DNA of 41,015 nucleotides. It comes from Candidatus Aminicenantes bacterium (lineage in GTDB: Bacteria; Acidobacteriota; Aminicenantia; Aminicenantales; UBA4085). The stretch covers positions 1 to 41,015 of the forward strand of contig JAPKZH010000500.1 of assembly GCA_026393905.1 (NCBI GenBank), written 5' to 3'. The translations under genes were made by a program, and so were the position numbers. The notes beneath the pieces are model-generated. The model saw only the letters and a program-made list of their open reading frames with translations. It ran no database searches and had not been told where the DNA came from. Below are positions 1 to 7,534 of the stretch, piece by piece. Numbering within the stretch: position 1 is the first letter of the stretch; each line of letters starts with the position of its first letter.

Positions 1-486
1 TTTCATGACGGATTTCCACCAGGTCGACTGTATCTTTTTTCGTTTTGATCTCGGGCCGATTATTTGCTTAAATTGACGAGCTTCATCCGGATGACCCATA
101 AAGTATTGAAGCAGCTCCAGCCAGTCCACATAATCCTTCAACTCGCATTTCTTGTTTTCTCCGGTTCTCCCAGAAAACCTGCTTTTATATGAAGCGCTTC
201 TGATGATCGTGTCTACGATATACTTATCAACGAATTTAGCCAGATTCATAGCATGCTCAAATCCCGGCTGTTTGGTGTCGTCATCTTTAGCTATGAGTGT
301 GTGACATCCAAGGCGTTCGGAGTAGCGTTCGCCATTAGCAAAAGTTTTTGATGCATAGACCTTTCCCTCGCCAAGCATCTTTTGTAAAAGCCAGGAAACA
401 CATTTGGGGTCCCAATCATCGATCAATTGCCAATCGATCTTGATAAATTTCAGTTCAGCATCGCGCACCTTTTGAGGCATGTTCAT
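1..486 (-). CDS. hypothetical protein whose 3' end runs off the window (at least 162 codons); by position a candidate immunity or accessory gene for the HET-C-like effector
   Basis: Hand translation of the minus strand from ATG 486-484 (alternative ATG 480-478) gives MNMPQKVRDAELKFIKIDWQLIDDWDPKCVSWLLQKMLGEGKVYASKTF... with no stop down to position 1. It is absent from the ORF track because it has no stop inside the window. No clear SD, no signal peptide, no family recognised. Confidence 0.45.
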   Translation of the reverse strand, partial: MNMPQKVRDAELKFIKIDWQLIDDWDPKCVSWLLQKMLGEGKVYASKTFANGERYSERLGCHTLIAKDDDTKQPGFEHAMNLAKFVDKYIVDTIIRSASYKSRFSGRTGENKKCELKDYVDWLELLQYFMGHPDEARQFKQIIGPRSKRKKIQSTWWKSVMK

Positions 487-645
487 TCTGGTCTGTGTGG
501 CACTGAGAGCTAGTTCGTATTGCTCGCGCTCCTTCTTTGTTTTGGCTTCACGCCAATCCAAGAGAGCAAGGGGATCATCACATTTATCCTCTGGTTTGTT
601 GTGCTCTCCTGGACAGGGACGATCGACACGCCCGCATTTCCATGT

Positions 646-1845
646 TCATTGCGGACACGTGTGCTTTTTTCTGCTGTGGATGCCTTGACATCCTTTTGCC
701 CCGCAATTCCACTTATGGTTTTCTTTATCAGGGCAGGAATCTTCCGGCTTTTCATGGCCCGGACAGGGCGGGTCAACCCGGCGGCAATACCAGGTCCCCG
801 AGGGACAAACGTGGTCACGACGCATATGGCCGCCGCAATCTCGAGCCCCACACGTCCACTTATGTGGCTTTCTATTTGGATGACTCTCTAAGGATGTTAA
901 AAATCCTTTATAGAGTTGGGTAAGACTGAAGCGCGTATCCATTCCATCGAAGAACCCTCCCACTACGTGTGTCTCATCCTCTTTTTCTTTTCCCTCCCCC
1001 GACGGTTCCTCATCTTTTATACGCGGCTTGAGATCTCGCCACAGTCGTCTTTGATGTCTCCGGAGCAAGTCGGGATCTTTAGGGATGTCATTGATCGAAC
1101 GCATAGCAAAATCCACATAATTCGTATGAGCCCAGTAGTCCTCAGCTGTATGAAGTGCGTATCCAAACTCTGCAAGCAGGTCCGATCGACTTTTTTTGAT
1201 TGGATCTGGTTCTCCTTGCGCATTCATGAACTTTACGAGATCGCGCTCGACCAGAGTCAATATCTCCGCTATATTCAAAATGTGATCCTCTATAAATTTA
1301 TAAACTTTCTTTGAATCTGAAAATCCTTTTCGGTCTATGGGCCAGCGATCAAAATGCTCATGAGGAAAATATTGTGAAAAGCGGCTTATGCTCCCTCCGA
1401 CTTTTTTCCCATGGAAAATGCGGTCGTACTCGTCAAAGCTAATTGGTCCGGCGCCCAAGTGGACAAGGTTTTTTGAGGGGCCCTCCGGCGAACAGAATTC
1501 AACCCAACCGGCTACATAAGCGACGTTTTTAAACCATTGCGCCATAGCTGAATTGACCGGAGGCGGATTGCCCAGGAGCTCACGGATGAGTTTGTTCGCC
1601 CTCCAGTGTATGGCGATGTCCGGCACAAGATATCGAAAAATCCAGCTTTCTTTATTTTTGTCGTCGACACCCTTGTTTCTGGCATCCGTCATATTAGCGG
1701 CATAATCAACGGGGGCAACACCTTGCGACACGTCCGTAAGCCAGTTGCCGAGCAAAAGATAGCCGAGATTTTCATTAGGAAATGCCTCTCGTAACTTAGG
1801 GAGACACGCTTCTATGCCGATTATTTTGTGGTTTTTTGGGACCAT
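646..1845 (-). CDS. HET-C-like domain protein with a Cys/His-rich C-terminal tail; putative T6SS effector (predicted phospholipase C / nuclease-like fold)
   Basis: 399-aa ORF starting at ATG with a GAGGAGAG SD upstream, ending at TGA. GNWLTDVSQ (aa 33-41) and HTAEDYWAHTNY (aa 232-243) match the HET-C signatures as I remember them. No signal peptide. The last ~78 aa contain 9 Cys and two HKW[TN]CGA..C.G.H.R..H.CP repeats. It is co-directional and lies 29 nt after the preceding cargo gene. Confidence 0.65.
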   Translation of the reverse strand: MVPKNHKIIGIEACLPKLREAFPNENLGYLLLGNWLTDVSQGVAPVDYAANMTDARNKGVDDKNKESWIFRYLVPDIAIHWRANKLIRELLGNPPPVNSAMAQWFKNVAYVAGWVEFCSPEGPSKNLVHLGAGPISFDEYDRIFHGKKVGGSISRFSQYFPHEHFDRWPIDRKGFSDSKKVYKFIEDHILNIAEILTLVERDLVKFMNAQGEPDPIKKSRSDLLAEFGYALHTAEDYWAHTNYVDFAMRSINDIPKDPDLLRRHQRRLWRDLKPRIKDEEPSGEGKEKEDETHVVGGFFDGMDTRFSLTQLYKGFLTSLESHPNRKPHKWTCGARDCGGHMRRDHVCPSGTWYCRRVDPPCPGHEKPEDSCPDKENHKWNCGAKGCQGIHSRKKHTCPQ

Positions 1846-1874
1846 TTCTTAATCTCTCCTCGCCTTAAGAGTTC

Positions 1875-2738
1875 TTATGGCTCCTCTTCGAACTCTGGAA
1901 AATTTAGAACATATGATCCCGGAATGACCCCGTCAACTTTAGCATAGCCTTTATCATCGAGTGTTCCCTGTATTTCCGAACCGTCGGCAAGCTTGATGAC
2001 ATATTTGGCCCCGCTGATCGGCTCACGAGACTCGTGGAAGAGCTCAATCTCGATCCAATCCTTGAACTCCAGAAGCCCCGAATCGGCCGCCAACTCACCG
2101 AATTTTACACGGAAAAAGTACTCCGGTGGATTGTACTTATTGCCATACTTCTTCAACTCTTCTTCAGTCGGGATTTCATCCGTATCTTCAAAATATTCAT
2201 ATTCCCAATCCGCTTCGACCTTACTGTTCTTGACCAAAACCGGGAATTTAGTGATGAAATCATGAGCGTCATCAGAATCATGTTCCCAAATCTCGATTTC
2301 ACCTTCTGTGCCGTCTTGGACACCCTTCACGTCCGCCGTGAGCTTGAGGATGTCGCCCCGGCGGGCTTCTTTTTTGTCCCATTTGGCATTGGTAATTTCA
2401 ATCGGCGGCAGAACAATCAAGGGATTAGACTTCATTTGCAAGCCGTGCTTGGGCAACTTTACATCAGCATAAAGCGCCTGTTTGGCTTCTGCCGGCACCT
2501 TGATTTGTGTCCAGAACCGGTTTCCCGAGATTTTTTCTGCATACTTTCCAAACGTTTTGCCGTTTTGATCTGATAATTCGATTTCAATTTTCGAACCATT
2601 GCCAACGAACTGTGTATAAATTTCCAATCCAATCGATCCGCCCGGTGCGGCCCTTCTCACCGTCCACAGGACGCATTGGATAGCCGAGGGAAGCTGGACC
2701 TTCTTGATTTGGTCGGTCGGACTCTGATGCTTGGACAT
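1875..2738 (-). CDS. beta-sandwich repeat protein paralogous to the C-terminal extension of the PAAR protein; possible adaptor or co-secreted cargo
   Basis: 287-aa ORF, ATG start, TAA stop. By hand alignment aa 113-287 match aa 197-363 of the PAAR protein at roughly one-third identity. Shared strings include AKW.K....G...KLTA..G...GT.G, K.EA.WEY, PE..F, SGLL...DWIE, KY...L..G....G.LD..G.AKV...IPG. Confidence 0.7.
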   Translation of the reverse strand: MSKHQSPTDQIKKVQLPSAIQCVLWTVRRAAPGGSIGLEIYTQFVGNGSKIEIELSDQNGKTFGKYAEKISGNRFWTQIKVPAEAKQALYADVKLPKHGLQMKSNPLIVLPPIEITNAKWDKKEARRGDILKLTADVKGVQDGTEGEIEIWEHDSDDAHDFITKFPVLVKNSKVEADWEYEYFEDTDEIPTEEELKKYGNKYNPPEYFFRVKFGELAADSGLLEFKDWIEIELFHESREPISGAKYVIKLADGSEIQGTLDDKGYAKVDGVIPGSYVLNFPEFEEEP

Positions 2739-2753
2739 GGACTTAACAGTATT

Positions 2754-4028
2754 TTATTGAAGGCAAAATATTTTTCGAACTCCAGCCAAATAGACTCTGC
2801 CGTCTTCATCCATGACGGGACGACAGGTGACCGGGTCATCGAGTTGAACCTTGCAGAGTTCTTTGCCTTCTGCCGAAATATGATAAAAAAGCACTCCGCC
2901 TGCAACGAGCACCGAACCGTCCTTCAAGACGGAGATCAATGCTTTTCCCGGCTCGACAACGAGCCCCCGGTTCCAGAGCTCCTGCCCTTCCTTGAAGCAA
3001 AGAAGCCGGTTTTTCTCCATTATATAAACCCTTCCATCCGGGTGGCTTGCCGGTGGCTGGCCTGTGAGCGTTGCCCTTCCTAGAGGGGCCTCCCAGCCTG
3101 GGCTTCCATCCCGGAGAATCATTTTCAGAATAAAGCGTTCTTCTCTGTCCTCCCTGTATTCCTGATGTTCGATAAGGAGCACATTGCCTTGGTAGTCTAG
3201 GGCACAAGAAACGACTTCTTCAAAAGGCACAATTCTTACCCCCGCCTCAGAATTCGCCTTGGGATCAAGGAGATAGATCTCAGTTGTCCGGGGTATACAA
3301 ACGAAACTCAGACTTTTGTCTAACAGCGCGTCTAAGGCAAATCCTTGCCCAACAAACTCCCATTCGATATTTCTTGGTTCAACATTCAGCCTAATGAATG
3401 TCCAAAAGGGACCCTGCGCTTTCTGCCCCGGTTCGCTGACAGGAGAAGGCGAGGTTTGATAGGAATAGATCATGCTTCCGTCCAGTCTCTGGCTCATAAA
3501 AAGGAAGGTCTTGCTTCCCAAAAAAGGGAGCGAAAGTTTTTTTGAGGGATGCCCTTCCAGGTTGATGATCTCATAATAGCCAGCCTGATCCAAGGTCACA
3601 AGTCCTTCTTTCTTCAGGTCAAAGGCATAATTGGAGAAGACTTCACGGTGCCAGAGCGGCCGGCCTGACATGCGGTCACGAACATCGAAGACGGGGCCAT
3701 AACTTATGATGAGATGGGTCTTTGTGAGGGCGATGGTTCGCGGCGGCATCGGATTCTTGCCGAGAACCGTCTCCTGTTCCCAAGCCTTAGTCCCCTTGAG
3801 CTTCTTGGCCACATCGAGATAGGAAGTGTTTTGAGTATCCCCATATATCTTCGTGTTAAGAAAAATTGCCTCGGCCATTTTCCCCTCCTGACATCCTGTA
3901 TGAATGATTCCGGCGGCGGCCCCAAACAGAATGACCCCGGTCAGACACGCTGCCAGGATTTTGCCCGTTTGTTTCTCCATGGGCTGGAATCCATTCCAGT
4001 CCGCTGAACGCGACCTCCCACGATTCAT
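2754..4028 (-). CDS. N-terminally membrane-anchored (or lipoprotein) beta-propeller-like protein (PQQ/BamB-like repeats); candidate immunity protein
   Basis: 424-aa ORF, ATG 4028 (alternative ATG 3980), TAA stop. Hydrophobic segment ILAACLTGVILFGAAAGIIHTGC near the N-terminus. Repeated G.vy......l.c....G..lW-type strands (DGRVYIMEKNRLLCFKEGQELW, DGSVLVAGGVLFYHISAEGKEL, DGRVYLAGVRKIFCL). It starts 18 nt after the 1156-aa gene. Confidence 0.6.
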   Translation of the reverse strand: MNRGRSRSADWNGFQPMEKQTGKILAACLTGVILFGAAAGIIHTGCQEGKMAEAIFLNTKIYGDTQNTSYLDVAKKLKGTKAWEQETVLGKNPMPPRTIALTKTHLIISYGPVFDVRDRMSGRPLWHREVFSNYAFDLKKEGLVTLDQAGYYEIINLEGHPSKKLSLPFLGSKTFLFMSQRLDGSMIYSYQTSPSPVSEPGQKAQGPFWTFIRLNVEPRNIEWEFVGQGFALDALLDKSLSFVCIPRTTEIYLLDPKANSEAGVRIVPFEEVVSCALDYQGNVLLIEHQEYREDREERFILKMILRDGSPGWEAPLGRATLTGQPPASHPDGRVYIMEKNRLLCFKEGQELWNRGLVVEPGKALISVLKDGSVLVAGGVLFYHISAEGKELCKVQLDDPVTCRPVMDEDGRVYLAGVRKIFCLQ

Positions 4029-4046
4029 TGGATCGTCAACTTTTTC

Positions 4047-7000
4047 TCAGAACTCCTCCAGCGAAAAATTTTCGCCTAAGCTGCTCAATTTGTTATTCAC
4101 CCAATCTCTCAAGAAGGCGAAGGCGGCCTTCCACGTCGTCTGGGCGTTGAGGAAATAAGTGACCAATTGATCGGCGGTCGCATCATTATAGACCGTGACT
4201 GTCCCTGCCGCATTAGGAAAAAAATCCCCAGTACCGGGATAGTTGGTCTTCAGAAATTCAAGGATATAATGTTGGCCCGTTGAAGTGGCACTATCCGTGA
4301 AACCGGGCAAGAAATGAATATAGATATTCTTCATGTCATGAGCGCCGTCCTTGAGACGATAATGGCCGCCAAAAGCCAGCCATTTCTGATGAATATCATA
4401 AACCCTCATCCGTTTCTGCACATTCGTCCATGCGCCATGAGAGAAATCAACCCTGAGCAGGACCCGGACAACAAGAACACCTTGATATTGGATGGGCTCT
4501 TGATTCAGATGAAAATATTTGATCGACGACTCATCTTTGCCAACATCATAGAGCTCAAGGCTCAGCCTCCGCAAGGGCGTGGCCGTTAATCGATAAGCCT
4601 TTTCGCTCTCAATCGGATCCGTCATTTTATCCTTTATTGTAGGCTGCCCGGCGGCCCCGATTTTTCTTGTATAAGTAATATCCCAGGAGTCTCGGACCAG
4701 CCTGGCAACGAAGGTTTTCCCGCCCAGTTTTTGCGATAACAGAGAAGAAGCGGTCTGGATTTCTCGATTAATTTTGTGCAGCGCATACCACAGATGGTGC
4801 AAACGGGGAGCGGCATTCCGGTACATCATTGACGGAAAATTGGCTTCCATCGAATAGGGGATGTAATACTGCTCCAAGTCAGGAAAGCTCTGCTTGTTGG
4901 GTTCCGGGCGATAACTGTCTTTGACATATTCATCGGGCTTGCCTGTCGCATGGCCCAGCTCATGAGCAAATGTATGAGCGCCATATTGGTCGCCATGCTC
5001 TGTTACAGGCACTCCGGTAAAAATATCATTCCAGCATTTATAGCCAGACTTGTTGAGCTTGAACAGAGAATAATGCGTGGGTCCTTCATTCCGGATGCTC
5101 CACTGCCAGGCGTCTCCCCAATGGCCGTTTTCGTCACCGCTGACAAGGGCCAAAAACTTGGATCTTCCCCCTAAAGCCGTCTGTTGAGCTGTTTTAAGAT
5201 TCGCATGGTTGAACAGCATGACATGGTTGGAAGCAGGATTATCGGCCGGCCTTTTTTCAAAGTCGATTTTGAATCCTCCCGGAGGAACAGTGACCGAGAA
5301 CGTTTCGCGCTCATCATAAATATAGTAAATCCTGATGATTGTCGAGTCTGACGAGTTGGGTCTCTCCTCCAGAAAATACCGTTTTCTATTCCACTCCTCC
5401 ATGGCCAGATAGACACCTTCATCCACATATTTCTGAACATCGGCTTGAGCTGGAACGGCTGGAATGGCTGGAACGGCCGCCGGATCCCGGGTGTCGAGCA
5501 TAAAACTGATGGAAACATGATAAATGGCATAGGAGACAGGATGCGTGCCGTCGAAGTGAAGGTGATGGAAGTAATGAAGGTCATAATCTCCTGTCGAGCC
5601 ATATTGGTCATCGACGAAAAGCATCGTATAAAGCAGATGATAATCCCTATCGTTCCGGACAGCCGCTCTGGCTCCCACGACAAACCCCTTCTTTTCCCAA
5701 TCCGGCGCCAGCGGTGTTCTTCTGCCTCCGATGGTATAAAAACCATCTCGAAAAAAAATGATTTTGGCCCCCTTCCTCACTTCGGGATTCCCCACGACGA
5801 GATTCCTGGGAAATGAAATTCTGGAAGAGGCCAACGTGTTTGGATCCGGTTGGTAGAGCTTTAGGAATCCAGTTGCCTCGTCCATCAGGATGATTCTTAT
5901 CCGGGAGACCGAGGTCCTTCCGCTCTGGCTGAGGTCCATGGCCACAGCGGGAATTTCGTGATTGGCGTCCTTGATATCTTGGGTCCCGCTGATGCCGTCT
6001 AAGAGGACAATATCATCCAGACAAAAAATCAGAGGATTGCCGGTATCTGTCGTGCCCTGCCCTAGGGGTTTCAATTTCTTTTCCTGTTCAAATACCTTTT
6101 CAAATCGCTCGCTCTTGCCTGTCGCAAGATCTCCATCATAATAGGTCCAATAATTCCGGGAAGACCAAAGGGCGGGAAGATCATAATAATGCGTTCTCTG
6201 TTCCAGGCTAAGGTTCTTGATCTCGGCTGGAGTTTTGGTGACGATGACTGGCGTAGCGCCTTTTTTTTCCGTATAAACCCACTGGTTTTCAGTCTTGAAT
6301 TCGAAGTGGAGGCTCTTATGTTTGCCATCGTCAAGGGGCGATTTGAAATGGACTTTGAGACAATAAACCCCCTTCTTCCATGATCCCTTCGTCTGGAGTT
6401 CCTCAGTCTCATTTTCAAACGCCTGGATCTTCAATCCCTCCGGAACCGCGGTTACCGCGTTCTCGACGCTATTAAAAAATTGAAAGCTTAGGTGGTAGAC
6501 GACGGCGTAGAGGTCGAGAGCGTCGATGTAGTGAGGTTCAAAATGGAGTTTGTAATAGAGGGGACAGACTTCGGCCTTGTGGGTGGATTTGACGTCGGCC
6601 GGGCAATCCATATAGGGAGCTTCTTTGCCCTCAAAGAAAAGGATCTCCACCCGGCGGTTTCTTTGGGAGCGGTAATTCGGTTTCTCCTTCTGGTCGATGG
6701 GAAAGGATTCGCCGCAGCCGACGACCTTGCGCTGGACATCGACCCATTTGTTTGGATCCTCCCGAAGGATCCTCCGGCGATTCTCCACACCGTCCTTCGT
6801 CTCCATAAAGATGCGGGCCATTTCCGCGCTATAGAGCTCAAAGACCGCCTTCCAGAGATCTTTTGTCCATCGCTTTTGACCATCCTTCTCAACTGTTTCA
6901 TGAAGGAGAGAAGAAAGAGGAGGGAGCTTCGGGTCCTGCTTTTCCGCAAAGTCTGTATTATAAGATTCGACAAAATTCCTGATGGCTTCCTTGGTCTTCG

Positions 7001-7517
7001 CGTTCCAGCTGTCGTTGATATCGCCGGGATCGCAGGGCCATTTATACGGCGCATTGTCGGCGAAATACTTAAGAATTTGCTGGTAGTCCTCGATCTTCTG
7101 TTTTTCATAGCAGATGTCCGCCCAGCGGTCTCCCTCCCCCGTCACGAGGCAGAGGACATTTTGGGCCCGGAGCTTCGAAAGTGCAAAATTGTAGTCGGGC
7201 TGGCCGGAAGTATCCGTATGGCCGGCGATGATCATCTTTTTGTCCGGGTAGAATTCGAAGTGCTTAAAAACAAGGGCGAGGGCTTTGATCCCGGTGATGT
7301 TTTCCTGGCCGTCGGGCGCCTGGCTGCCGTCCTTGGAGGATTTCCCCTTGGGATTTTCGGGCATCATCACAGCGCTGTTGTGGTGGAAGAGGACATCTTC
7401 CATCTCGAGGATGTAGACCTGGACGCGCCGGAGCGTGAACTCGTAGGTCTGATGGCTGTAGGTAAAGACCTTGCCCAAGAGATCCCGGCAAATGACGTCT
7501 CTTTTAAGGGAGCCCAA
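4047..7517 (-). CDS. large signal-less protein with an N-terminal OmpA-like peptidoglycan-binding domain and a C-terminal HExxH zinc-metallopeptidase motif; putative T6SS effector
   Basis: 1156-aa ORF starting at TTG 7517, 17 nt after the PAAR stop, ending at TGA. OmpA_C-like signatures: FHHNSAVMM, IIAGHTDTSGQPDYNFALSKLRAQNV, NRRVEILFF. HTFAHELGHATGKPDEY sits at aa 848-864, with HELGH encoded at nt 4950-4964. No N-terminal hydrophobic segment. Confidence 0.75.
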   Translation of the reverse strand: MGSLKRDVICRDLLGKVFTYSHQTYEFTLRRVQVYILEMEDVLFHHNSAVMMPENPKGKSSKDGSQAPDGQENITGIKALALVFKHFEFYPDKKMIIAGHTDTSGQPDYNFALSKLRAQNVLCLVTGEGDRWADICYEKQKIEDYQQILKYFADNAPYKWPCDPGDINDSWNAKTKEAIRNFVESYNTDFAEKQDPKLPPLSSLLHETVEKDGQKRWTKDLWKAVFELYSAEMARIFMETKDGVENRRRILREDPNKWVDVQRKVVGCGESFPIDQKEKPNYRSQRNRRVEILFFEGKEAPYMDCPADVKSTHKAEVCPLYYKLHFEPHYIDALDLYAVVYHLSFQFFNSVENAVTAVPEGLKIQAFENETEELQTKGSWKKGVYCLKVHFKSPLDDGKHKSLHFEFKTENQWVYTEKKGATPVIVTKTPAEIKNLSLEQRTHYYDLPALWSSRNYWTYYDGDLATGKSERFEKVFEQEKKLKPLGQGTTDTGNPLIFCLDDIVLLDGISGTQDIKDANHEIPAVAMDLSQSGRTSVSRIRIILMDEATGFLKLYQPDPNTLASSRISFPRNLVVGNPEVRKGAKIIFFRDGFYTIGGRRTPLAPDWEKKGFVVGARAAVRNDRDYHLLYTMLFVDDQYGSTGDYDLHYFHHLHFDGTHPVSYAIYHVSISFMLDTRDPAAVPAIPAVPAQADVQKYVDEGVYLAMEEWNRKRYFLEERPNSSDSTIIRIYYIYDERETFSVTVPPGGFKIDFEKRPADNPASNHVMLFNHANLKTAQQTALGGRSKFLALVSGDENGHWGDAWQWSIRNEGPTHYSLFKLNKSGYKCWNDIFTGVPVTEHGDQYGAHTFAHELGHATGKPDEYVKDSYRPEPNKQSFPDLEQYYIPYSMEANFPSMMYRNAAPRLHHLWYALHKINREIQTASSLLSQKLGGKTFVARLVRDSWDITYTRKIGAAGQPTIKDKMTDPIESEKAYRLTATPLRRLSLELYDVGKDESSIKYFHLNQEPIQYQGVLVVRVLLRVDFSHGAWTNVQKRMRVYDIHQKWLAFGGHYRLKDGAHDMKNIYIHFLPGFTDSATSTGQHYILEFLKTNYPGTGDFFPNAAGTVTVYNDATADQLVTYFLNAQTTWKAAFAFLRDWVNNKLSSLGENFSLEEF

Positions 7518-7534
7518 GGGATTTTTTCCTGTGC

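Noticed and set aside
479-923. A cluster of four overlapping track ORFs (479-688, 510-851, 520-891, 537-923) that might suggest an extra small gene.
   Set aside because: They overlap the Cys/His-rich 3' end of the HET-C-like gene and the following spacer, and their translations look like junk. Stop codons appear scarce there, probably because this part looks more GC-rich.
5449-5475. Three tandem 9-nt units (gctggaa[c/t]g) inside the 1156-aa gene.
   Set aside because: The repeat is in-frame and encodes a short VPAIPAVPA linker. It is too short to call a repeat feature and could at most allow slippage variation in linker length.
5727-5753. FRDGFYTIG in the 1156-aa protein, which resembles the central MIX motif hRxGhhYhh of MIX-type T6SS effectors.
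   Set aside because: The conserved Tyr position is Thr. I did not find the flanking shhPhR and hhF/YSxxxWS/T motifs, and the segment is mid-protein rather than N-terminal.
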